Virus record (IMG/VR): IMGVR_UViG_3300034418_005508
Span: 1,551 to 65,550 of that record
Source: a virus
Taxonomy: Duplodnaviria; Caudoviricetes
Reading direction: 5' to 3' (one strand)
DNA length: 64,000 bases
Part shown: piece by piece, positions 12,801-20,958 of the stretch
How the letters are laid out: each line of letters opens with the position of its first letter
Numbering within the stretch: position 1 is the first letter of the stretch
Made by a program: the position numbers and the translations under genes
Notes under the pieces: model-generated
What the model saw: only the letters and a program-made list of their open reading frames with translations
Databases searched by the model: none
What the model was told of the DNA's origin: nothing

Positions 12801-15466
12801 ATGTGTTTTTCCCACACAGCTTTCTCGAGTGGGGTCATGTCGTCTGGGTTAAGCTTCTTGACGTCACTCAGCTTCATGCCCCCAAACTCTATGTTCTTCT
12901 TTGACTCCTGCTGCTCTCTTTCTATGGCTTCATCGTCAAGTTTTTCTAGAGCTGCGTCACTTACTCCAGCAGCCCTTAACCCGTCTCTAGCTACAACAAG
13001 CTCCTTACTGGTGGCTGTCTTCCCAATCGTAGCATCAACCTGTTGGTCTATGGACTTTTGTTCCTCGAGCCTTTCTAGAGCTATAGCTCTCTTTTTGTAC
13101 AGCTCCCTCTCGTTAGGGTCTGTCATGAGCTGCTCGTAGGCTTTTGCTGCAACAGTTCTGTCATCCAACAACTTCATGAGGATGTCTCTCTCCTGCTCCA
13201 GGTTCTTCTTACGGTTCTTGCCTACATACTCACTACGCAAATCAAGATCATTCTTCTTACCGTATCGGATACGTCTAATGGACTTATCCATCTCTTCCTG
13301 CAGTGCCTGCCGTATCTCAGCGGATACCTGTGGATTCATTTGAGGCTGTCGGTACTGTGTCTGCACCTTACCGTCTTTCTCAGATACAGCTACCTCCTGA
13401 AACATTTCTTCCCTCACTAGGTTGCGGAGCTTTTCCCCGTCAAACTTTGGGTCAAGTGTCTCGAACGTTTTGATGATGTCCTCTACCCTTTGGTCAGTAT
13501 CAAACAATGAGCTCTCGTAGAACAGCAAAGCATCCTTCAATGCTTCGTTCTCTGCTATCTGATTGCGGACATTGTCTTGCCCATTCTGGGACATGAACCT
13601 ACCAGCAAGACCTGTTGGGAGAGTTGGGCCTGGGAATGCATCAGAGATCTTTGCGTAGTTGTCTACTACGTTGTCTGAGCTTTCCAAGATCTGATTGATC
13701 ATTTCATGCTTCTCAGCTTCTGTGACTTCTTCACCCACAATTTTGCTGACCTCATCAGCAGGCATTGCCTTGAGCTCCTCCAGTCTTTCTTTGTACTGAT
13801 CGTATGTACCGAGCTTTGCGTGCAGCAGTGCACTCTCGTTCATCAAGCGAGATCTGTAGTCGTCGTAAGACTTCTTATCACCTCTAGCTTGAGCGGCATC
13901 CATACGTGCTAGGTAGTATTGTCCCATGGCTGAGCTCTTGGCTCTAGCTCTCAGGTTGAAGAATGTCTCAGGGTCCATGTTGAGATCATTCAAAGCTTCT
14001 TCTGTAGCCTTGCTCTTTCTCTTACCTGCTTGTATAGAACCTCTACCACCACTGATAATCCCTACCAGTGCACCGATAAGCATCTGCTCTCTACCCTCAG
14101 GTGTGTTGAGTGTTTCAAGTGCTGTGCTCCCTATGTGCTCGTAGTCTCTAATCGCTTTTGCAAACAAGCCCCCTCTCAACAAACCCTCAGCTACTTCAGC
14201 CCCACCATACTCAGAGTACATGGCTTTAGCTCTTTCGTTCAAGCCCTCTGAGATTGCGTACTGTGACCCTTCTTGAAATGCTTCAGTAGCACCCTTCTCT
14301 ATGAATGGGTAAGCAACTCTACTTGCCCTGATTCCTTTTTGTGCATATCCAGGCAGGTTATCAATGGCTTCAGTGTACTGTCTCCACCCTGCTCTTTCAC
14401 CAGGCTTGGATGCGATCTTGTGTGTAAGACCTTTGCGCATACTCTTTGGAGTAAACGGCATAAGCCCTTTACCGAACATCACCAAGTTTGTAGGCATGAG
14501 TATGCCCATGTTACCGTAGAATGCAATGGCTTCTTTCTGAGCTGCGATCTCTTCAATCTTACGTCTCTCAGATACAGGTATATCATCTACACTGTCAAGC
14601 CCCATTTCTGTCATCACCTGCTGGTTCAGAGACTCAACGACTCTGTTCTTAACTTCTCTTGCTTCGACAGACGATTCTGCCATCGACATCATAGCACCAG
14701 TCTCCAAGTATCCCAGAGCGTTTGATGCTCTGTTGGTTTGACCCATTGCTTTAATGTTAGCAGCTCTTCTGATTATATCACCTGACTTCTTGGCCCCGTT
14801 CAGAGCTCTTGCTGCATGCAGGGATGCAAGACCTTTACTTACACCTGTCCCAATCTTAGCTGCTTTACCAAGTCCTGTCACCAATCCAGTTGTACCACCA
14901 GTCAGCATCATGGTAGCTACACTACCTAAGCTGTATGCCATACCGTTGGCAAACTTGTCTGCCCAGAAGTTTATACTACCCAACGACCCAAGCGTTCCTT
15001 GCTTGTCCATCTCCTCCTGTGTGTAGAAGTTAGGCATCTCCTCTTGCAACATCTTGTTGCGTTCGTCGAAGTACACCCCTACAGGGTTGTTTGTCATAGA
15101 CTCTTGAAAGTCTTCAAACCCACTCATCACCCAGTCAGTCAAACCAAGTGCATAACCTACAGTGTTCTCTGCAGCACTACCTACAAACGTGTTGGCAGCT
15201 TTGTACAAACCGTTGCCTACTTTCTCCCAGTTGCTTTGGTTGCGGGCTCTCTCTTCTTCTAGGTTAGCGAAGGGTGAGTAGTTGACTCCATACTTAGAGA
15301 AGTCAGAGAAGTCACCAGTTCGTGCATAGCTAGTAGACAAAGGTCCCTGGGCTGTGCTAAACCTGGGACCAAAGTTTTGTTTTGTAAATGGATTTACAGG
15401 ACCATCCTTCTTAGCATTTCTGCCCTGCAACGGTAACCCCGTCAGGGGATTGATAACTTCTGACAT
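3803..15466 (-). CDS. Virion RNA polymerase polyprotein (crAss-type two-barrel RNAP) with N-terminal cargo region and zincin metalloprotease-like domain
   Basis: 3887 aa. Catalytic GSDFDIDK (DFDID at 6107-6121), upstream YRIPHQG, ATDAQG (~7382-7396). Zincin HEGFH (10526-10540) followed by EEKMAEDF. Gly/Ala-rich hydrophobic segments lie in the N-terminal ~470 aa. Confidence 0.93.
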   Translation of the reverse strand: MSEVINPLTGLPLQGRNAKKDGPVNPFTKQNFGPRFSTAQGPLSTSYARTGDFSDFSKYGVNYSPFANLEEERARNQSNWEKVGNGLYKAANTFVGSAAENTVGYALGLTDWVMSGFEDFQESMTNNPVGVYFDERNKMLQEEMPNFYTQEEMDKQGTLGSLGSINFWADKFANGMAYSLGSVATMMLTGGTTGLVTGLGKAAKIGTGVSKGLASLHAARALNGAKKSGDIIRRAANIKAMGQTNRASNALGYLETGAMMSMAESSVEAREVKNRVVESLNQQVMTEMGLDSVDDIPVSERRKIEEIAAQKEAIAFYGNMGILMPTNLVMFGKGLMPFTPKSMRKGLTHKIASKPGERAGWRQYTEAIDNLPGYAQKGIRASRVAYPFIEKGATEAFQEGSQYAISEGLNERAKAMYSEYGGAEVAEGLLRGGLFAKAIRDYEHIGSTALETLNTPEGREQMLIGALVGIISGGRGSIQAGKRKSKATEEALNDLNMDPETFFNLRARAKSSAMGQYYLARMDAAQARGDKKSYDDYRSRLMNESALLHAKLGTYDQYKERLEELKAMPADEVSKIVGEEVTEAEKHEMINQILESSDNVVDNYAKISDAFPGPTLPTGLAGRFMSQNGQDNVRNQIAENEALKDALLFYESSLFDTDQRVEDIIKTFETLDPKFDGEKLRNLVREEMFQEVAVSEKDGKVQTQYRQPQMNPQVSAEIRQALQEEMDKSIRRIRYGKKNDLDLRSEYVGKNRKKNLEQERDILMKLLDDRTVAAKAYEQLMTDPNERELYKKRAIALERLEEQKSIDQQVDATIGKTATSKELVVARDGLRAAGVSDAALEKLDDEAIEREQQESKKNIEFGGMKLSDVKKLNPDDMTPLEKAVWEKHIKNRKQEEPLHNLKSSDKAKADKRKRDVNEAAESRDTGAALSEQEGKTQAKEQEVVGEAQKRAVSDNSSRMTREARGATLVIDKNGRVLVDDSGQQINKDDSTSRHTADGQYIITNRAYLHDNLEGKTVTIVVRQDTDWWNNEATPEEKMDPAYNVPMYVEIDGQVVGVLDASDSPMRQVAWEQAKQGNPRAVTTTVSNMLASNIFTAANSDTRNPHFYNPSEALGPNTIVAVIGENPDTEGKTVELGLFDDGLAKTMTAEQLVQLRTDVNEIEARLNDVTDNGMNIAKGQVVFLVADPTGKHRVIVANTANLTEEAVAKAIDYMKEGNEAMLRALVGLNVAYLLDESNELALQDKFLAAEKMGETGEAIFTFRPVDSKGEPLLPDGLMMQVSSEVIRRWYDGKRRGDLLSQGNKGTAEVINLVVKPYRNDEGEVSFTPLTAEYTDQAKELTDNLDTILRNVLSRKKFQVDKNLLNGDDTGQRIVNPLRPEAENSSATYFEYLTNEATGAPRDHGTKGILGSTAKNVDGKTPFIDIGLEFSPKFEVNGEKQQEAPPQTTANKTDEGVSDVVTPSPETSRRNTTVEQDNEGFSPFAQSPIGQTEQKKYEPYNEEEARRKYEEGQKELEDLTKQWEEEGSQEAAEQLERAKRGIAERRKRRASTMYQRMLDEGIPEAEARKTVNESFPDINFVPRLMTSLEYQMLDKQKAASWLSARGIPVEFYEQARQIGNGYVHGYMERAGVKLWTQGEVGTEYHEGFHFVFRTLLSDQQRMGLYAEAMKRFGRPTQDEIGALKRMFPELSTRELRELALEEKMAEDFRDYVFAQQETANSLPGRIRKFFRDLYNMIRAMLTNPVGMRQLYSLIEANNVPKSYARTAKTLAPPVGGVNRFNERYASHKELHRDLRETIALQFEKDYHDRLSEIKGEYGEVSPATVGDIIGNKNDKGSVASWFLRASMSNANGSQLDNDTFEYIRSLIDAGQLQEAREYMQENGIQDMPHNDVHTGTLGLPTSMQQNISFMYQDVYMNWNDQSTNDQFENPLTTGWRSIMLESLQQKGYDVKLIDTVAEYETMSEEQQQHFDKIYDKGQFEMSPLDDARMSRMARIAISKIKSAAPNRLGVVTYANMDTIVRKAVSAAKNQQSTDNIMDALRKAQSFNPELRPLVDYLDSPSIQAHEHALITNLFRLDYTTHMVFERDFSDDKKRVFSYDSDRMSQDRTMLERWRTNRETLGIENPDAFYVEDENGKLTVKDAEERAKRIEESRQIYQDPSRPLADRVEAMSDMLFDLGLRTTDSRELSRQILKTYISAKTDEMNLVRQGQLDEIDVLKQFAQKIFINQLIGSAFDTRQIGNDIGKISPSENVRDMFTARTPRGKRIYTGIQYLAKEIAPRIEAMEAMGFVGGDGKMRYAYNLPTHFNYLMSQVTNGDATSLHKLMEKDPRFSVYGRAEFQDPFFLLMKKSKFTPMFGEFDVVKNTSDEVGKTTYKTLFERDSLILRIDAYLNSNNPTESTIAVSTQETRNRLTLIKGLPKLTKAGAATEYGITNSDVKTYIRNIMVQDLLGIGAALETIKNGGELIPGYHNKYGKQDTTFRDTYLLGRVKKGSKLETLAKRLHKAFKEQDEGDMYRDTVNEVIGLAEEFHDNNFNKAVSEVRQKLKDYGIIRQIEGTQKFEHSFDSAGIKNEGGLDSAIRQFVADDMIYRISMSKTFRGGTQMFKDTVDYFKRMGLINTPGNRMYMEGDFSRSPEYGMKRIFNTATLEDFTTSDPVHTEIAAGIKKAALANGATEEEADGMAKRYMTGVANATDAQGIISPAFARKIEQGNGRWTPEQEEWYKEFDKAGSNIAAAMGKWKAEYTAPYKFYYENLKLHGGNTLTIEADKNSYFVLTPEIAAQSDVLGRLYERMMDPTAPIDLVNFVTGKKGSKERAVPYEQFLEMKNEQVIVQQQGERLLMPQNIADKGTDVVRLNKQITKSTLMLVNPTDTYVLNYGTDIQSEPISGLEIKERFHNSFKELQRRAMQELKEELGLDEVDPRTGLIPEDKKVEALKKMRDVFLRNKMERDQLDENIEAQLNIIADPITNEVDFALPLGFPTYLKEYENLFFSMFRTRVFKMFMKGKEMVQVAAPGTFNVFNYETGEYEKRELRYLSVDDNGFTRHAEVMISPDIAKKYGLKPGDNLSEIPEELRRMVMYRIPHQGKSSTVIAKVAGILPKSHKKTVMVPANITEQTGSDFDIDKMFTMFPEFSGSAREGFTKDAIDPLLPLEMQSESAIRNSMLDIIEAISMSPNHTVETFKPLNTNRLEAFTKDVLKKDLLKTDYPFWHPLVEIEMEQKFKSSATGVGVYAKAMAGYAIASQGEVVQDGKQGTSVNGRSHFTLNGVSRTGIRSSRAVAGYFQEKLSSHLDAGKTPIPGLTNDNKFTHAATVFFGSFMTDATVNDDLVAIEGLMNIPSVLKFVELRKGIGSETGPLSVKMALKEMGISFMDQKQMKAKTRIQSFTKDDVLSVLQSARRAGKKGLQGEAKELENKLFNNFAIGLMRGEELQEFYEIIAPDTLDGLGEIGEIQGYLGKLQKYSKNTSPIISMGAVQQFLVDNQFGISQSYYNLITEVLSLSNNYFGSSSQSMNNFKTRVMEAVGTRDFSAAQHRAVNRAAFYWMMTRPEFVSINGKQTDINPFADMLTTERAKELFLDKRTNIAAKAARLRRAVPRLQDNYVISRIASVKTTKKSRTFGVEMNNIDDKSTDMRNLMKRDFQELLENPRKYTSDPKLQTAIKEFAEDLILNSLVRTGASPTFGSYFDSIPVEYFMTKRRSELKDQNGTPLFPTAAEFVRRQMSRAQNNPQYFDPFLFEYMRTYGLSTVDGRDLVQTVGYDTKKLKGMFKKNADGTFSAKKNPDAYPVFIKVRNIGSKKTDRYTLLQRKSKYTWEPVQQKSINGKLFEVNLRDESGTTSGTSSIITAQANKDVTRTGAKSMAGYAVEMLNAQTEKAIDDFEEMKQVMSIQKKCE

Positions 15467-15470
15467 TATG

Positions 15471-15478
15471 CAAATATA
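15471..15478 (-). promoter_or_regulatory. Bacteroidota sigma-A -7 element TATATTTG, 4 nt upstream of the RNAP ATG
   Basis: Minus strand reads TATATTTG-CATA-ATG, matching the TAnnTTTG consensus within a 12-nt intergenic gap. Confidence 0.7.
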
Positions 15479-18286
15479 TTAAGAATGAATGAGTTGCATG
15501 TAAACAAATGCGGCTGCTTCAAGCACGTCTTGGAACCCGTTTGCTTGAGCCCAGTCCTGATCGATCCTGATGTCGCTGCTGTCAGTACCACCTCCGTTTG
15601 ATTTGGACATGTGCATTTCTACTACAGGGTATCTACCAGTAAGGTCCCCCTTCTCATTACGTTCTACTGGTATGCTCACTTGTATACGTCCTGTATTTCT
15701 ATTTCCTGGCAGCATTACATCTACTTCAGGCACACCACCGGATGTTGCCAATGCATTCAAGACCTGAACTTGGAACTGGTGTGCTGGGGTGTAACCAAGT
15801 ATGGCTTGTCCAAATGATCCAGTTGTGCCCAATCCAGGTTCTGCATTCAGGTATCCACGAACTGCTTGATCTGCATCCATTCTTATTACTCTGCTAACTT
15901 TATTGTTCCCCGATCCTGCAGATACATGCAGGTTTACCGTAGGTATGGTCTCACCATTGACTGACCAGAAACCGTACATGACGTTGTCAATTTTCCAATC
16001 AGACAGAGGGTTATCTGCAAACTGCTCATCTTGGTTGCCTTTAGAGTCTGTGATGATTGCAGTTCTCCATGCTGCTGTTTCTGCACCAATCTGTTGAGCT
16101 GTTGGGTCTGTAAGATCAACTGCCCCAGCAAACGAAGACAAGTCTGTTTGCGTTGCAGCTTTACGCAGTGCATCTGATTCTTCACCATCTGCATCCCCAA
16201 GCGCAACAGGGTACTCAGGCCAGTTAAATGTAGTTCTGCTAGCATCATTGATGAATGCATCTGCAGCTTCTGATCTCTTACTTGCTTCTGCATCCAAGTT
16301 GGTCAGGAAGTTCTCATATGCCATATCCATTCCTACACCACCTTTAGGTAGAGTAGCAATTGTGTGGTCGTTCTCTGGTCCACCGACTGTAGGATTCTTT
16401 CCGTCTGGTCTTCTATTGGTGTCACTGTCAGCTTGTTTAGCATCGTACATTCCTTGTACGTAGCTAAGTGCTGTATTAAACACCTCTCTTGCTTCTGCGG
16501 GATCAAGTCCGAGACCTGCTGTACCCTCCCCGATATCTGTGTTAGTTAAGAGTGGGGTAAGCATATCGAAGATGTTTTGATTGTTTGGTGACATAGCACT
16601 AGGTCTACCATTCCAGAAGCCTCCGTCTGTAAACAAGTCCCTTATCATCTCAAATGCAAGAGCTTCACCAGCAACCACGTTGTCTGGTCTTGTATCACCC
16701 TGTGGTCTTATGACGTAATTGATTGCATCCTGTGTGATGTCACCTGAAGCAGCAATAGCCGCACTGTGAATAGCTTGAGGAGTATTACCAACTTCAGTGT
16801 TTGCATAGTCAATCATAGCATCAACTTGGTTAGACCTGTCGGCATGGTTCATCAAAGCACCCTGCAACTGCAAGAGGTCCTTCAATACTACTTGCTGATC
16901 TCTTTGGCCGCCGGCTGACATATCGCTAGCAAGCTCTACAACCTCGTCATAGCTCAAGTCTTCTATGTACGACTCTACCTCTTCAAGGTTACCAGGGTCA
17001 ACGTTGTTGGCCTCAAGCGCCATTGAAAGCTCTGGGTAAGCTTGTGTAGCAGCATTGAGTCTATCGATAGCTTTGTTGTGCAATGTCTCCTCCCCTTGTC
17101 TAAGAAGGTCTGCAGTAACGTTAACATTGTTAGGATCAACTCCCTGCTGCTGAGCGATGGCTGCAACAACATCTTGTGTTGTACCACTAAACACAGGTCG
17201 GTTAACCACATCCTGAGTCTGTGCTTGATTTTCAAGCTGCTTGAGCCACAATGGGTTGATCTGGAAGGTGTTCCCTCCACCGTACACACTCTGACCTGTG
17301 AAGCGTTCTGCATCTGACTGGTAGTTGTCTACGACACGCTGCTTGTAGATGTTAGCTACAGCCTCACGCATCTGACCCAATCTACCTGATTCTTGCGCAG
17401 TCTTCAGGTCTGCAATCTGTGCTTGTATGTTGTCTCTCTTGGTACCTGTTGCACCAGCCATCTCGAGTTCGAGTTCCTGCACTCTACCTTCTATCTGTGT
17501 CTGCAGGCTACCAGGCTCCATGTCCCACGTGTTTATCTCAGACTTGAAGTTCAAGTAGGCTTGTACCTCAGGTGATCCCAATGCAGCTTGCACTGCTTGT
17601 GATACAGCCTCGCTGTCCTTACCACTGATGGTCTGGCCTTGTGTGGTTCTGATGACAGGTATCTTCATTGTATTACCCTGCTCATCTGTATATGTCTGGA
17701 AGTCAAAGCTAGCTGCAGTATACCCACCCTCTTTCATGATAGGTAGAGCATTGACCTGCTTGAGTATCTCTGCATTGATGTCTACCGCTTCAGGGACAGG
17801 TTCAGCTTGGTAGTATGAGCTTTGTACAACATACCCGTTCTCATCATACTCTATGCCCTGGTATGGTTGATATTCACCATTCTCGTCCCTGCGAGTGAGA
17901 CTCCACCCCAACCACTTTTCATAGTCGTCAGGGTTTAGTTTTTGCTGTGCAGCAGTCTTAGCTTTCTCTCTTTCCTCGTAGTTTTTTTTCAAAGGGTTGT
18001 AGCCCTGCAAAAACTCTCCTGCATCACGTGCAATGTTTGTACCGTACATCTCGTACCTACCACTCTCTGCGTACTTCTTAGATCTAGCATCTATTGTAGC
18101 TCTCAGCTGTGCTGCTTTTTCTACATCACCTGCAAAGTCTGCAGACACCAGCATGTCTGACAATGCATTCTGTGTCAGTGTATCTGCAGCAAAAGCATCT
18201 ACATATCTTTTACGAAGTATCTCGTTAATCTTTACAGACTGCGGATCTCTGTATACACTTCTATATGGTTTGAACTTGTACGCCAT
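15479..18286 (-). CDS. Putative virion cargo (ejected internal) protein
   Basis: 935 aa, helical and acidic. Lies between cargo protein 1 and the RNAP as in crAss-like genomes; TAATG-coupled to the upstream gene. Confidence 0.65.
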   Translation of the reverse strand: MAYKFKPYRSVYRDPQSVKINEILRKRYVDAFAADTLTQNALSDMLVSADFAGDVEKAAQLRATIDARSKKYAESGRYEMYGTNIARDAGEFLQGYNPLKKNYEEREKAKTAAQQKLNPDDYEKWLGWSLTRRDENGEYQPYQGIEYDENGYVVQSSYYQAEPVPEAVDINAEILKQVNALPIMKEGGYTAASFDFQTYTDEQGNTMKIPVIRTTQGQTISGKDSEAVSQAVQAALGSPEVQAYLNFKSEINTWDMEPGSLQTQIEGRVQELELEMAGATGTKRDNIQAQIADLKTAQESGRLGQMREAVANIYKQRVVDNYQSDAERFTGQSVYGGGNTFQINPLWLKQLENQAQTQDVVNRPVFSGTTQDVVAAIAQQQGVDPNNVNVTADLLRQGEETLHNKAIDRLNAATQAYPELSMALEANNVDPGNLEEVESYIEDLSYDEVVELASDMSAGGQRDQQVVLKDLLQLQGALMNHADRSNQVDAMIDYANTEVGNTPQAIHSAAIAASGDITQDAINYVIRPQGDTRPDNVVAGEALAFEMIRDLFTDGGFWNGRPSAMSPNNQNIFDMLTPLLTNTDIGEGTAGLGLDPAEAREVFNTALSYVQGMYDAKQADSDTNRRPDGKNPTVGGPENDHTIATLPKGGVGMDMAYENFLTNLDAEASKRSEAADAFINDASRTTFNWPEYPVALGDADGEESDALRKAATQTDLSSFAGAVDLTDPTAQQIGAETAAWRTAIITDSKGNQDEQFADNPLSDWKIDNVMYGFWSVNGETIPTVNLHVSAGSGNNKVSRVIRMDADQAVRGYLNAEPGLGTTGSFGQAILGYTPAHQFQVQVLNALATSGGVPEVDVMLPGNRNTGRIQVSIPVERNEKGDLTGRYPVVEMHMSKSNGGGTDSSDIRIDQDWAQANGFQDVLEAAAFVYMQLIHS

Positions 18287-20958
18287 TATCTTCTTCTTTT
18301 ACGTCTCACTGCTTTCGCTCTGCGAATATAACCACCTGTGTTACCACTTGGTCTTTTTACTCTTCTTCTCACGCGTCCTCCCAGTTGTTTTTCTTCGCTC
18401 TCCTCTAGCTTCTCTTCTTGTTGTGCTACAGCTTCCTTAGACTCTTTTTCTGCAATGTCTTGGTTGTTCTGCTCCTTCTTCTCTTGCTTCTTGCGGGCGA
18501 AGTATGCATTTATCTGCTCCTCTGTGTAGCCCATGTCTCTGAGCTGCTGTGCTTCGTATATGCCATCAGCCCCAATCTCTCTTGCAAGTCTCTCCTGAGC
18601 TCTGTATTCCAAGCTGTCTCCTGCCATACCAGCAAGTCTGTCAGCCATAGCATCAAGTGCACCAAGCTTCTCTTCACGTCTGTCTCTGATCTGCTCACGT
18701 GCAAGAGATGCAGCGAACTGACCAGCCTCCAATCCAAGTTCAGCATTGGCTTTGTTTGCCTCAAGCTTCATGCGCTTTTCTTCTGCAGACAGCTCTTTGT
18801 TTGCTTTGTTTTCTGCATTTGCAATCTCTCTATCTGCTGCTTGCTTTCTCTCCAACCCTGCAATCATGTTAACCATGCTAGCTGGACCCCCACCGCTGCC
18901 TTCAATTGCAGCCATGGTAGAACGGAAGTCATTTGCATTTGCAGAACGCTCAGCATTCAAGTTAACTCTAGGCATGTTAGGTGCCTGCACTGATGCAGCA
19001 CCTGGGCCTGTTATGTATGCAGGCTGTGACTTAAATGCATAGATGGGTGGTATAAGCTGAGCTCCCATACCAAGCATTGCCAGTGTTGGGATCTCTCTAG
19101 TCTTAACGTCTTCGATGTCTCCTGGATCGTCTGGTGTTTTCTCACAGCACTCTTGCTTCTTTGTACCATCTTCACACTCACATCCTGGAGTAGTAATAAT
19201 CTCCTGCTCTACCTCTGGCATCTCCCTGCGTACTTCCCTAGGTTGTTCGGGCTTTTGCGGTATTGTAGCACTCTGAGTTTGATCACCCCACTTACCGTCT
19301 ACCTTAATCTTTTGGTTGTCTGGTACACGAGAGTTGTACTCCTCTTGGTACTTTTTTACATCCTGTGTGTCATCTACGTTAAACCCGTCCTCACCGAAGT
19401 CGATGTCTTTCACCCAGTGGCTCTCATTCTGCAGTCTACCGTCTACGTCTTTGAGTGTAACGTTAGAGTAAAGGTTATCCCCAGTCTTGAATTGTAGCAG
19501 GCCTTCTGACCAGCGAGTCACCTCTTCTCTTCTTTTAGCTGTACCAGACTCGTTGTCTGTTTCTTTAGTTACTTCACCATCTTTGATGTAGAACTTTTCT
19601 CCCTCCTTAGCATCTTTGGGGTAGAGTGGGTGGTCAGACCCGATCTCTATTTCGCCCTCACGTATACCTGTTTTAGGCTTTTCTTTTTCTGGTGGGAGTG
19701 CATCTCCTTCTTGATACTTGCGTACACCTCCCTCTGCGTACACAGAAGACTCTCCACCAAACTGCATCACCTTAGGGGTTCTACCAGCTTTCTTCTCTTG
19801 CATCTGAGCAAGTTTCTGTATGTCTTTCTGGCTAGCACCACCATTCAAGAGTTCTTTATGCCTCTGTGCAAACGTCTTACCACCCAGTTTCAGGTAGTCA
19901 GAGAAGATGTAGTCTGTCTTTTTACCGTCTTTTTTCATGTGTACTTTGTCCATTGTTTCCCCACCCTCGACTTCTGTCTGAGGATCGAGCATGATGCCGC
20001 CCTGTGAATGTTTCTTGCCTATGAACTCTACAGCTCCGCCCGGCAATGGCTCTGTCTTTCCTCCCTCTAGTTTGGTTCCACCGTATATGTATGACCTGCT
20101 GTACTCACCCCCATCACGCATGCCTCGCTGTGCCAGGTATGAGTTTGTGATAGAGCCGACGTCAGCAAATCCTGTCTCACCTGATGTCTCGAACTGCTTT
20201 GCTTCTGCAGCCTGTTGTGCAAGCTGAGCTTGTTGTGCAGTACGCATTTGCTTTACAGCTTCCTTACGGTCTTTCTCTTGTTGCTTCTTCGCTTTCTTAG
20301 CTCCGAAGATACCACCAGCTACACCTGCCAAAGCTTGCAGTCCTTTACCAAACACAGGTACCTTGGCCAATGCTTGACCCACTTGGCTATCTGCTGCAGA
20401 CTTAAACCCTGCACCAAACCCTGCACGCTTTGCAGCCTTACGCTCCATTACATTGTTGCGGTATGGATCGGCTACTGCAGCCTTACCAGCCTTCTTTTCT
20501 GCATGCTTAGCAGCAAGCTGGGATAATGCATTGACTGCAGTACCCATGCTGACAGCTCCCTTCAGTCCTTCTTTGAGTCCCTTTGCCCCGTCTTCAAATA
20601 TGCCTTTAACTCCCCCAGCATCTGCAAGCTCATTCTGCTTCTTCATTTTGAAGTTTTGGATGGCTCCTTTGAGTCCACCCATGTTCGTCAAACCTGAAGC
20701 TGCATCGGATACAATTGGGGTGCTTCCATCTGAGAAGTCTAGTCCCCCACCCAAGAAGTCAAGTGCTCCACCCTCTTGCTTCTTTCGCACGTTCTCTGCA
20801 AAGATTGCTCTCTTTACTAGAGTTGGGTCGTTTGACTTTTTGGCACGGGCAATGCACTCAGCAGTTACCTTTCCTTTGCAGTATTCAGTGAACTTGCCGA
20901 CAGTGCCCTTCCGCTTCATTCGCCTATTGGCTTTCTGTATCCATTTGTTATCACTCAT
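18286..20958 (-). CDS. Cargo protein 1-like internal virion protein with repeated xxxGG motifs
   Basis: 890 aa directly after the muzzle. Contains GKKHSQGGI..EVEGGET, an N-terminal GKFTEYCKGKVTAECI..KRAIFAENVRK module, a Gly/Ala-rich amphipathic segment, and KQEGG/MQFGG/YAEGG/KQLGG motifs. Confidence 0.7.
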   Translation of the reverse strand: MSDNKWIQKANRRMKRKGTVGKFTEYCKGKVTAECIARAKKSNDPTLVKRAIFAENVRKKQEGGALDFLGGGLDFSDGSTPIVSDAASGLTNMGGLKGAIQNFKMKKQNELADAGGVKGIFEDGAKGLKEGLKGAVSMGTAVNALSQLAAKHAEKKAGKAAVADPYRNNVMERKAAKRAGFGAGFKSAADSQVGQALAKVPVFGKGLQALAGVAGGIFGAKKAKKQQEKDRKEAVKQMRTAQQAQLAQQAAEAKQFETSGETGFADVGSITNSYLAQRGMRDGGEYSRSYIYGGTKLEGGKTEPLPGGAVEFIGKKHSQGGIMLDPQTEVEGGETMDKVHMKKDGKKTDYIFSDYLKLGGKTFAQRHKELLNGGASQKDIQKLAQMQEKKAGRTPKVMQFGGESSVYAEGGVRKYQEGDALPPEKEKPKTGIREGEIEIGSDHPLYPKDAKEGEKFYIKDGEVTKETDNESGTAKRREEVTRWSEGLLQFKTGDNLYSNVTLKDVDGRLQNESHWVKDIDFGEDGFNVDDTQDVKKYQEEYNSRVPDNQKIKVDGKWGDQTQSATIPQKPEQPREVRREMPEVEQEIITTPGCECEDGTKKQECCEKTPDDPGDIEDVKTREIPTLAMLGMGAQLIPPIYAFKSQPAYITGPGAASVQAPNMPRVNLNAERSANANDFRSTMAAIEGSGGGPASMVNMIAGLERKQAADREIANAENKANKELSAEEKRMKLEANKANAELGLEAGQFAASLAREQIRDRREEKLGALDAMADRLAGMAGDSLEYRAQERLAREIGADGIYEAQQLRDMGYTEEQINAYFARKKQEKKEQNNQDIAEKESKEAVAQQEEKLEESEEKQLGGRVRRRVKRPSGNTGGYIRRAKAVRRKRRR

